DNA of 64,000 bases from positions 114,216 through 178,215 of the forward strand of contig CAZWAD010000001.1 of NCBI GenBank assembly GCA_964631835.1, written 5' to 3'. The notes below the pieces were generated by a model, which saw only the letters and a program-made list of their open reading frames with translations, had not been told where the DNA came from and made no database searches. Within the stretch, counting starts at the first letter, position 1. The number at the start of each line of letters is the position of its first letter. The stretch comes from an uncultured Chitinophaga sp. (GTDB taxonomy: Bacteria; Bacteroidota; Bacteroidia; Chitinophagales; LD1). Of this stretch, positions 18,192 to 26,535 are shown piece by piece. The position numbers and the translations under genes were made by a program.

Positions 18192-18989
18192 ATGAGCGAA
18201 AGGAATGAAAGTAGATTTTTCAATCTTACTGTAGTTCTCACTGTTATTCCTGCATACATCTACTTTACATGTTTTATCTATGAACAAGGCGTTTGCAACC
18301 GCTTTGGTATTCCTTCATACTTAATAAACCCCAGTCTTACTACGATACTCATTTTTGGAACAACAATATGGGGTATAATTTTTTCAAGTTTAAAAGTGTT
18401 GGGATTGTCAACACCATTGTTCAAAGCCGTAGGAAATGAAAATATGAAACATCTCCGCGTTGTCCACGGGATTAATGCTCTAAGCTTAATTATAGCAATT
18501 CTGATGTTTTACGCTTATCCATTCAGTTGGACGCTAGTGCTGGTTTTATTGGTTGTAATTGCAATGCTAAATTTTATTACTTGGGGTCTCCCACTTCTGC
18601 TAAGAATTACTGAAAAGAAACCAACTAAAGACAAATTGTTAGAAATGCAAGGGGAGAAAGACAACTTCGATTTATTGATATACTTAACGGAAGGTTTAAC
18701 GAAACAAGAAAGGCTTTTTTTATTGATACTAATTTTTATTCCGATCATCAGTTATTTCTTTGGAGATGGACAAGCTCTAAAACAGAAAGAATTTCAATTG
18801 CTAGCCTTAAACAAAAATATTGTGGTTCTAAAAAAGTATGATGACCTATTGGTCTGTTCAAGCTTTGATAGAAAGACGAAGTTGTTAGGTGATAGCTTAG
18901 TTTTAATAAAGTTGAGCGATAAAGAACCCTTATTTCTGAATTCAGAAGAAGTTGGCCCCCTGAAACGTGCATTGCCAAACAAGAATTGA
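18192..18989 (+). CDS. hypothetical polytopic membrane protein (orphan, lower G+C)
   Basis: Several hydrophobic helices. Hand counts give 30-38 percent G+C in two 60-nt lines, against about 50 percent or more in neighbouring genes. Confidence 0.6.
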   Translation: MSERNESRFFNLTVVLTVIPAYIYFTCFIYEQGVCNRFGIPSYLINPSLTTILIFGTTIWGIIFSSLKVLGLSTPLFKAVGNENMKHLRVVHGINALSLIIAILMFYAYPFSWTLVLVLLVVIAMLNFITWGLPLLLRITEKKPTKDKLLEMQGEKDNFDLLIYLTEGLTKQERLFLLILIFIPIISYFFGDGQALKQKEFQLLALNKNIVVLKKYDDLLVCSSFDRKTKLLGDSLVLIKLSDKEPLFLNSEEVGPLKRALPNKN

Positions 18990-19005
18990 AAATACCGTAA
19001 CCTTC

Positions 19006-20298
19006 CTAATCAATAATCATACACGCGCCCACCGTCACATTATTGGCTTCGTCAATGAGGATGAAGCTGCCGGTGTCGCGGTTTTTGGTGTAGGCATCGA
19101 AGCACAGCGGTGCAGTGGTGCGCAGGGTAAGGCGCCCCACATCGTTCATGCCAATGCCGGGGTTTTCGGTAATGCGGTGCAGGGTGTTTATGTCGAGCTT
19201 GTATTTAATTTCTTTAACCACCGCGCGCACATCTTTGGTGGTGTGCTTCAGGGCATATTTTCCGTTTAGCTGCAGGGGCTTGTCGCTCATCCAGCAAACC
19301 ATTGCCTCAATATCCTGGCTCTGCTTGGGTATGTTGCCTTCGCGCACTATCATATCTCCCCGCGAAATATCAATGTCGTCTTCCAGCTGCACCGTAACTG
19401 AGAGCGGGGCAAAGGCTTCTTCGAGTTCTTTGCCGTCCAGCTCAATTGATTTCACCACCGAGGTAAACCCCGACTGCATCACCGCCACCTTATCGCCTTT
19501 GCGAATTACTCCGCTGGCGATTCTCCCTGCATAGCCGCGGTAGTCGTGAAACTCATCGTTGTACGGACGAATAACATACTGCACCGGAAAGCGCATGTCA
19601 ATGTGGTTGATGTCGCTGGCAATGTGGATGTTTTCGAGCAGGTACATGAGCGTAACACCTTCGTACCATTTTGTTTTGTCGGACCGGTGCACCACGTTGT
19701 CGCCATTCAGTGCCGAGATAGGAATGAAGTGGATGTCTTTTGTTTTGAGGCGGGTGGCAAACTCGCGGTATTCATTCACAATCTTGTTGTAAATCTTTTC
19801 ATCATAATCCACCAAATCCATTTTGTTGATGCAAAGCGCAATGTGCGGAATACCCAGCAGCGATGCGATAATGCTGTGGCGCTTGGTCTGCTCTACAATT
19901 CCCTGCCGCGCATCCACAAGAATGATGGCAAGGTTGGCGGTGCTTGCACCGGTAACCATATTGCGCGTGTATTGAATGTGCCCGGGAGTATCGGCAATAA
20001 TGAATTTGCGCTTGGGAGTAGAGAAATAGCGATACGCTACATCAATGGTAATTCCCTGTTCGCGCTCGGCACGCAAGCCATCGGTAAGCAATGCAAGATT
20101 GACAATCGTTTCGCCCCTGCGTTCCGATGTTGCCTTAATGTTTTCGTATTGGTCTTCGAAAATAGATTTGCTGTCGTAAAGCAGTCTTCCTATCAAGGTG
20201 GATTTGCCGTCATCAACGCTACCGGCTGTGGTGAAACGCAACAATTCCATGTTTAAATAACTCTTCGAATCAAATTTTTCTTCTACTCCGTTGGTCAT
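19006..20298 (-). CDS. cysN: sulfate adenylyltransferase subunit 1 (GTPase)
   Basis: GTPase motifs GSVDDGKST, DTPGH and NKMD. 430 aa. Confidence 0.92.
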   Translation of the reverse strand: MTNGVEEKFDSKSYLNMELLRFTTAGSVDDGKSTLIGRLLYDSKSIFEDQYENIKATSERRGETIVNLALLTDGLRAEREQGITIDVAYRYFSTPKRKFIIADTPGHIQYTRNMVTGASTANLAIILVDARQGIVEQTKRHSIIASLLGIPHIALCINKMDLVDYDEKIYNKIVNEYREFATRLKTKDIHFIPISALNGDNVVHRSDKTKWYEGVTLMYLLENIHIASDINHIDMRFPVQYVIRPYNDEFHDYRGYAGRIASGVIRKGDKVAVMQSGFTSVVKSIELDGKELEEAFAPLSVTVQLEDDIDISRGDMIVREGNIPKQSQDIEAMVCWMSDKPLQLNGKYALKHTTKDVRAVVKEIKYKLDINTLHRITENPGIGMNDVGRLTLRTTAPLCFDAYTKNRDTGSFILIDEANNVTVGACMIID

Positions 20299-20325
20299 AG
20301 TCTTTCGCTCAATTGTATTTGCCTG

Positions 20326-20357
20326 TAAAGTCCCCTTTAGGGGATTTAGGGGTTTTA
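20326..20357. repeat. TCCCCTTTAGGGGATTTAGGGG palindromic repeat in the cysD-cysN spacer
   Basis: TCCCCT/AGGGGA hairpin. Related to CTCCCTTTAGGGAGTTAGTGGGTTGGGG at 53631..53658. Confidence 0.75.
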
Positions 20358-21257
20358 AAAATATCCTTCTTTCTTTCTGTCCTCCATACTTGTTTCACTT
20401 CGCTTATCGTCAGCACGTCCACCACGCTCTGTTGTTCTTGATGAGGCAACCTCCTGAATAATATCATCGAGCGATGCCGCAGTAGAAACCGTAGCACCTG
20501 TTGAAGTAATATCACCAATCGTTCGAAAACGCACTACTTTTTCTTCGGCCTGCTCCGTTGGCTTCATGGGAATGTAAGGCGACTCTGCCAACAAAACTCC
20601 ATCGCGATTAAACACTCTTCGCTTATGCGAAAAATAAAGTGTAGGCATTTCAATTCCTTCCATGGCGAGGTATTGCCAAACATCCAACTCCGTCCAATTC
20701 GAAATAGGAAACACCCGGAAGTTTTCACCTACATGCATTTTACCATTGAATAAATTCCAAAGCTCCGGCCTTTGATTCTTCGGGTCCCACTGACCGAATT
20801 CATCGCGGTGCGAAAAGAAACGTTCTTTGGCGCGCGCTTTTTCTTCATCCCTTCTTGCGCCACCGATACATGCATCAAATTTGTGTTTCTCAATGGTGTC
20901 GAGCAATGTTGTTGTCTGCAAGCGAATACGAGATGCGCTGTAACCTTTTTCTTCGGCTACTCTTCCTTTGTCAATAGACTCCTGCACCAAACCGACAATC
21001 AGTTTTGCGTTGAGTTTCTTTACCAAGCTATCGCGGTAATCTAGTGTCTCCTGGAAGTTGTGACCTGTATCAATATGCACCAGCGGAAAAGGGATAGGAG
21101 AAGGATAGAATGCTTTCTTAGCAAGATAAGTTACAAGAATAGAATCCTTACCGCCACTAAACAGAATGGCGGGATTCTGAAACTGAGCCGCCACTTCGCG
21201 CAATACAAAAATGCTTTCGGCTTCAAGAGTCTTTAAATGATTAAGCGTATACGACAT
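20355..21257 (-). CDS. cysD: sulfate adenylyltransferase subunit 2
   Basis: PAPS-reductase-like fold with SGGKDS, and a C-terminal GERADDKRSE-like region. Confidence 0.92.
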   Translation of the reverse strand: MSYTLNHLKTLEAESIFVLREVAAQFQNPAILFSGGKDSILVTYLAKKAFYPSPIPFPLVHIDTGHNFQETLDYRDSLVKKLNAKLIVGLVQESIDKGRVAEEKGYSASRIRLQTTTLLDTIEKHKFDACIGGARRDEEKARAKERFFSHRDEFGQWDPKNQRPELWNLFNGKMHVGENFRVFPISNWTELDVWQYLAMEGIEMPTLYFSHKRRVFNRDGVLLAESPYIPMKPTEQAEEKVVRFRTIGDITSTGATVSTAASLDDIIQEVASSRTTERGGRADDKRSETSMEDRKKEGYF

Positions 21258-21265
21258 GAAAAGAT

Positions 21266-21877
21266 TTAGGATTTAGGATTTGGGATATGAGGAAGTACAA
21301 AGTCAAATGCTTCTTTGACGCTTTCCTCTACACTTTTATTTTTTGTTTGAATTTCTAAGTCAGCATTCTTCGGTTCTTCAAAAGGGGCATTGACGCCCGT
21401 GAAGTCTTGAATCTCACCTTTGCGCGCTTTGGCATAAAGCCCTTTTACATCGCGCTTCTCACATTCTTCAATCGGGGTATTTACAAATACCTCTATAAAA
21501 TCGCCTTTGCCGATAATGTTTCGCGCAAGGCTTCTTATTTCTTCTGTGGGCGAAACAAAACTGCAAATGGTAATTACCCCATTTGAAGCAAACAACTTTG
21601 CCACTTCTGCAATCCTGCGGATATTCTCTTTGCGGTCTTCATCACTAAATCCGAGATTGCTATTGATACCGGTTCGAACATTATCGCCATCCAAAACTAC
21701 CGTAAAGAAACCTTTTGCATGGAGCCTCTCTTCTAATCCTTTTGCAATGGTGCTTTTACCCGAGCCGCTCAATCCCGTAAACCACAGCACTTTTCCGCGT
21801 TGCCGTAAAAGTTCTTCCTTGCTTTCGCGAGGCAACAGGTGGTTAAACGGGTGTATATTTTCGGGTTTTTGATTCAT
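21266..21877 (-). CDS. cysC: adenylylsulfate kinase
   Basis: P-loop FTGLSGSGKST followed by LDGDNVR. Confidence 0.92.
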   Translation of the reverse strand: MNQKPENIHPFNHLLPRESKEELLRQRGKVLWFTGLSGSGKSTIAKGLEERLHAKGFFTVVLDGDNVRTGINSNLGFSDEDRKENIRRIAEVAKLFASNGVITICSFVSPTEEIRSLARNIIGKGDFIEVFVNTPIEECEKRDVKGLYAKARKGEIQDFTGVNAPFEEPKNADLEIQTKNKSVEESVKEAFDFVLPHIPNPKS

Positions 21878-22057
21878 AAAATGAGGGGCGAATGTAAAAT
21901 ATTATGCTAAATCTATTTAGTCAATAGACTTAAATATAATTTTGAGAAAAGAATAACACAAATTACTATGAAAAATAGCTTGCTAAAGTCAATTCGTGAA
22001 ACTAGCGTCTTTCTCAATCTCAATTAATTTGCAGAGTCTTTTTAATATTGAGTTCTA

Positions 22058-22939
22058 ATGGCGACAATTCTTGATTTAGTTGGTAATACCCCTTTAGTTG
22101 AGTTAAAAAACCTGAATAAACACTCAGGAGTGAAAGTTTATGCCAAAATGGAAGGTGACAACCCGGGCGGCAGCGTGAAAGACCGTGCAGCGTATGGTAT
22201 GATTAAGGGTGCCCTCGACCGTGGAGAAATAAAACCCGGCATGAAACTGATTGAAGCCACCAGCGGAAACACCGGGATTGCGTTGGCAATGATTGCGCGT
22301 TTGTTCGGAATTGAAATTGAGTTGGTGATGCCTGAAAGTTCTACCCGCGAGCGGGTGCTTACCATGGAGGCGTTCGGTGCTAAAGTGATTCTCACTTCCG
22401 ATGAAGGTTCTATGGAAGAGGCAATAGACTATGCTCATGCACAAGTGGCGAAGGGAGGTTACCTCATGCTGAATCAGTTTGCCAATCCCGACAATCCGAA
22501 AATGCATTACAATACAACTGGTCCTGAAATTTGGAAAGATACAGATGGTAAGGTGACTCACTTTGTTTCCTCCATGGGAACTACGGGAACGATTATGGGC
22601 ACTTCCATGTTTCTGAAAGAGAAAAATCCGGATATACAGATTGTTGGAGCGCAGCCAACAGATGGCTCACGAATTCCCGGAATACGCAGATGGCCGAAAG
22701 AATATCTCCCGAAGATTTTCCAACCGGAAAGAGTAGACAGAGTAGTTGATGTATCAGAAGAGGAAGCTGTCGCAATGACACGAAGACTTGCAAAAGAAGA
22801 AGGAGTCTTTTGCGGTATGAGCAGCGGTGGGGCGGTTCACATTGCTTTAAAGATTGCTGCAGAAATAAAAAACGGAGTAATCGTTGCCATCATTTGTGAT
22901 CGGGGTGACAGGTACTTGTCAAGCGATTTGTTTGGGTGA
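22058..22939 (+). CDS. cysteine synthase (CysM/CysK family, B-type length)
   Basis: PLP lysine motif NPGGSVKDR, then SGNTG and GTTGT. Confidence 0.88.
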   Translation: MATILDLVGNTPLVELKNLNKHSGVKVYAKMEGDNPGGSVKDRAAYGMIKGALDRGEIKPGMKLIEATSGNTGIALAMIARLFGIEIELVMPESSTRERVLTMEAFGAKVILTSDEGSMEEAIDYAHAQVAKGGYLMLNQFANPDNPKMHYNTTGPEIWKDTDGKVTHFVSSMGTTGTIMGTSMFLKEKNPDIQIVGAQPTDGSRIPGIRRWPKEYLPKIFQPERVDRVVDVSEEEAVAMTRRLAKEEGVFCGMSSGGAVHIALKIAAEIKNGVIVAIICDRGDRYLSSDLFG

Positions 22940-22989
22940 AAGCCTGAGTTAAAAAGAACTTCTATCTTCGGACAACTAAACTTTACTGT

Positions 22990-24264
22990 ATGAAGAAACT
23001 TCTACTTTCCATTGCAGTTCTTCTTTCACTTTTCACTCAGAAATTGTTTTCCCAATCGCCACCCACACAACCCACATCTGGGCCTGGAGGCAGTAATTAC
23101 CTTCACGGAGGTGTAACCCAATTCAAATATGCCGACAATGGAAATGGAGAAGATTTTTGGTTGTATGAACCCAACAATCCAACTCCCGATTCTGCCAATG
23201 TGGTCGTATTCATTCATGGGCTGGGAATGGTGAACACAAAATATTATGGCGCTTTCATCAAGCATTTAGTGCGTAAAGGAAATATTGTGATTGCACCGCG
23301 TTACCAACGAGACCTTGACTTTTTTGCCGGAATCAACGAATACAACGATAGTTGCGCAAAGGGAATTAAAAAGGCGCTTGATACCATTCAACAGCCCGGA
23401 CATGTGAAGGGGCGGATTCAGAATTATTTTATCCTCGGCCATTCAGTTGGAGGTGTGCTTACTGCAAATATGACCATGCTGTATGCGCAATATGGTTTGC
23501 CTAAGCCATTGGCTGCATTTTCCATGCAGCCCGGGGCTGCTAACTATCTGATGAGCAGTTATTCTTCATTTCCGGCAGATGTGAAGTATTTAATTTTGGT
23601 TAGTGAGGATGATGCCGTTGTTGGTACTGCTCCCGGCAATACGATATTCAATCAAACAATTTTAGTTCCCACATCTCACAAAAATCTAGTTCATTCTTAT
23701 GCCGATAGTCATGGCTCGCCTGCAATTACCGCATCACATGGAGATCCCGGTGCCTTAGACAACGCTTTTGATAACGGTGAATCAAATCTTTTTATCACCA
23801 TAGCGGGAGGCGCTCCCGTGGATGCTTACGACTGGTATTGTACCTGGAAATTGCAGGATGCTTTGATGGATTGCGCCCTTTATAATCAAAATTGTGAATA
23901 CGCTTTTGGAGATACTCCTGAACAACATGGCATGGGGAACTGGAGCGATGGAACACCTGTCAGAATTTTAGAAATAACACCGGCCGCAACAACGTCAGTG
24001 AACGATGTGAAAAAAGAAGCCGAGGTTTCTGTTTATCCGAACCCAGCGACAGAAAGTTTACACTTTACGGTTTCGGGTTTACAATTGAATACAAAATTGC
24101 AGTTGCAGGTGTTTGATGAGTTAGGAAGAATAGTCACAGAACAAACTTTAGACATCGAAAACTATAAACTGAAAATTGAAAACTTTGAACCAGGAATTTA
24201 CTTCTACCAATTGAAGAACTCTTCGAACGAAATCCTGAAAACAGGAAAGGTAGTAGTAGAATAG
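22990..24264 (+). CDS. secreted alpha/beta-hydrolase-like protein with T9SS C-terminal sorting domain
   Basis: Signal peptide, nucleophile-elbow-like GHSVGG, and C-terminal VYPNPATESLHFTV...GIYFYQL. Confidence 0.75.
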   Translation: MKKLLLSIAVLLSLFTQKLFSQSPPTQPTSGPGGSNYLHGGVTQFKYADNGNGEDFWLYEPNNPTPDSANVVVFIHGLGMVNTKYYGAFIKHLVRKGNIVIAPRYQRDLDFFAGINEYNDSCAKGIKKALDTIQQPGHVKGRIQNYFILGHSVGGVLTANMTMLYAQYGLPKPLAAFSMQPGAANYLMSSYSSFPADVKYLILVSEDDAVVGTAPGNTIFNQTILVPTSHKNLVHSYADSHGSPAITASHGDPGALDNAFDNGESNLFITIAGGAPVDAYDWYCTWKLQDALMDCALYNQNCEYAFGDTPEQHGMGNWSDGTPVRILEITPAATTSVNDVKKEAEVSVYPNPATESLHFTVSGLQLNTKLQLQVFDELGRIVTEQTLDIENYKLKIENFEPGIYFYQLKNSSNEILKTGKVVVE

Positions 24265-25431
24265 TTACGAATTAATCGCAATCCAACTCATTAGCCCGAT
24301 ACTTTCTTTCAAAGCATCTTCGTCAATATTAAAAGTTGAAGTGTGAACGCCTGAAGTGATTCCTTTCTTTTTATTGCCAACTCCCAAGCGATAGAAACAA
24401 GCCGGAACATGATGAGTGTAGTACGCAAAATCCTCGCTGCCCATTCGCGTTGGCATGTCAACCACATTCTTTGTACCTATGAAATCCTGTGCAAGAGATT
24501 TTGTTTGCGCTGTAACTTTTTCATCATTGATGAGAACCGGATACCCTTGGAGAATATTTACATCGCAATGCGTTAGATATTTTTCCGAAACCGAATTGCA
24601 AATGGCTTCGATTTGTTTGTGAAGTTGAAACCGAAGATTTTCATCAAAGCAACGTAACGTTCCGGCAATCTCTACAACATCCGGAACAACATTTGTAGCT
24701 CCTTTACCTTCAATTTTTCCGAACGAAAGAACGACCGGGATTTGAGGATTGGTAAGTTGTCTTAATTCCAAAAGAATTTCTGCGGCAATCAGAAGTGGGT
24801 TTTTCAGCTCTTCAATTTTAGCTGCGTGTCCGCCCGTTCCTACAACGGTCAAATAAATTTCATCGCTGCTTGCCATAAACTTGCCGGAACAGAAACCGAA
24901 AGTTCCGGCCTCTAATTCGGGAGAAACATGCAAGCCAAAAATTTTATCGGGTTTCGGATTTTCCAGAGTTCCCTCTTTAATCATTGCCTCTGCCCCACTC
25001 GGAATTTTTTCTTCGCTCGGCTGGAAGATGAACTTAACAGTTCCTTCAAAATCATTTTTAAGTTCGGAAAGAATCATAGCCGTTCCAAGCAAATTGCTCG
25101 TATGCACATCGTGACCGCACGCGTGCATTACCCCTTCGTTCTTTGAACAATAGTCAATCTTATTTTCCTCTTTAATCGGAAGTGCATCCATATCGGCACG
25201 AAGTGCAACGCATCTTTTTTCAGGATTTTTCCCCCTTAAAACTCCAACCACTCCGTTTTTTGCGACAGCTGTCCGAGTCTCGATTCCCAACTTCCGCAAC
25301 TCTGTTGCTACCAATTTTGATGTCTCGGTTTCCTGCCAGCTTAATTCCGGATTGGCGTGAATTTGCCTGCGCAGTTCGACTACCCGCGGAAAATATTTTT
25401 CAGAAAGTTGTTTGACTGTATTTTTCATCAA
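24265..25431 (-). CDS. M20-family amidohydrolase (N-acyl-L-amino acid amidohydrolase type)
   Basis: HANPELS..E, ALRADMDALP and MHACGHD motifs. Confidence 0.88.
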   Translation of the reverse strand: MMKNTVKQLSEKYFPRVVELRRQIHANPELSWQETETSKLVATELRKLGIETRTAVAKNGVVGVLRGKNPEKRCVALRADMDALPIKEENKIDYCSKNEGVMHACGHDVHTSNLLGTAMILSELKNDFEGTVKFIFQPSEEKIPSGAEAMIKEGTLENPKPDKIFGLHVSPELEAGTFGFCSGKFMASSDEIYLTVVGTGGHAAKIEELKNPLLIAAEILLELRQLTNPQIPVVLSFGKIEGKGATNVVPDVVEIAGTLRCFDENLRFQLHKQIEAICNSVSEKYLTHCDVNILQGYPVLINDEKVTAQTKSLAQDFIGTKNVVDMPTRMGSEDFAYYTHHVPACFYRLGVGNKKKGITSGVHTSTFNIDEDALKESIGLMSWIAINS

Positions 25432-25436
25432 GATTG

Positions 25437-25847
25437 TTATTTAATCTTGATTTTGTCCTTTACAATAAATGCACCAGGATAGAGAACAATGACCTGTTGT
25501 AAATAATAAGTGGCTTCAAGCCGCGAATGAAAATCGCCTAAGCGGAGCTTGTAATACGGCTGCTCATATTCTACGTAAGAGGCGAGGTCTGGAAAGTCTT
25601 TATACATCGCCCCTTTGCTTTTATAAACTTCATCGCGTACATCGGTGTACATTATCTGAATGCGATACCCGTTTGCAAATTCTTTTTTCCGGTTGTAGTC
25701 GTTGTACTTGGAAAGCAGTTCATCAACTTTGACTTCCTGTTTTACAGAATAATTATTGTGGATAGAAACTACAGTACTATCTTGTGCAAAACAGGAGACA
25801 GAAAACAGAAAACAGAAAACAGAAAGATACAATTTGAATTTTTTCAT
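25437..25847 (-). CDS. SPOR domain protein
   Basis: Signal peptide, then GYRIQI...F.....A...L.. in a SPOR-like repeat layout. Confidence 0.65.
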   Translation of the reverse strand: MKKFKLYLSVFCFLFSVSCFAQDSTVVSIHNNYSVKQEVKVDELLSKYNDYNRKKEFANGYRIQIMYTDVRDEVYKSKGAMYKDFPDLASYVEYEQPYYKLRLGDFHSRLEATYYLQQVIVLYPGAFIVKDKIKIK

Positions 25848-26488
25848 ACTACTAAGCTTACACCGGCAGATGTGCCTATCCTATCGGCTCCGGCTTCTAC
25901 TAATTGTTTTGCAAATTCCTTATCGCGGATACCGCCACTTGCTTTTATTTTTATTGACTTGGGTAGATTGGATCTTAACAATCTCACGACCTCCACAGTA
26001 GCACCAGGCTGAATAAATCCTGTTGATGTTTTTACAAAATCTACGGTCATTTCTTTACACAATTCGCATGCCGAAATTATTTCAGCTTCTGTCAACAAGC
26101 CAGTTTCAAGAATAACCTTCAGTTTTCCTCCGCGAAGTTGTGTGATCGTAGCCACACTGGTTAACTCATTTTTAAGATAATTGGTATCTCCGGCTTTTAA
26201 AGCTATGAGGTTAATAACCATATCAATCTCATCAGCACCCTCATCTATTGCTCTTCTTGCCTCCTCAACTTTTGCAGGGGTATGAGCATACCCGAGTGGA
26301 AAGCCAACAACTGTTGCTACTTTCACGTTGGTCCCCGTCAACCATAACTTGCATCTGCGGACAAAATAAGGAGGAACGCAAACGGCAGCAAATCCATGCT
26401 CTTTAGCTTCAATACAAAGTTTTTTAACCTCTTTTTCCGAGGCATCAGATTTAAGAAGGGTATGGTCAATTCTTGATGCAAGGTTCAT
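25844..26488 (-). CDS. deoC: deoxyribose-phosphate aldolase
   Basis: Start moved to MNLASRIDHTLLK at 26488. Motifs FVKTSTGF (Schiff-base lysine) and IKASGGIR are present. Confidence 0.88.
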   Translation of the reverse strand: MNLASRIDHTLLKSDASEKEVKKLCIEAKEHGFAAVCVPPYFVRRCKLWLTGTNVKVATVVGFPLGYAHTPAKVEEARRAIDEGADEIDMVINLIALKAGDTNYLKNELTSVATITQLRGGKLKVILETGLLTEAEIISACELCKEMTVDFVKTSTGFIQPGATVEVVRLLRSNLPKSIKIKASGGIRDKEFAKQLVEAGADRIGTSAGVSLVV

Positions 26489-26535
26489 GAAATGAAAATA
26501 AAAAAATAGGACGATTGCCTCAGGCGGCAATGACA

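Noticed and set aside
15945-18989. An integron-like cassette array, with repeated boundary elements between small orphan genes and a TA module.
   Set aside because: No intI-type integrase is present. The genes are in mixed orientation. The repeat lacks an obvious attC-like extended imperfect palindrome.
21878-22057. A 19-codon ORF (MKNSLLKSIRETSVFLNLN) and a TCTATT/AATAGA dyad in the divergent cysC / cysM-like intergenic region, considered as a second cysteine attenuator.
   Set aside because: The peptide has no Cys codons and no terminator follows it. The dyad is only 6 bp. Nothing distinguishes it from chance.
25792-25826. A heptanucleotide repeat (CAGAAAA x3 plus two degenerate units) inside the signal-peptide codons of the SPOR protein, as a possible slipped-strand phase-variation tract.
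   Set aside because: Only three perfect copies are present. The repeat simply encodes the hydrophobic FCFLFSVSCF core. It is far shorter than known contingency repeats.
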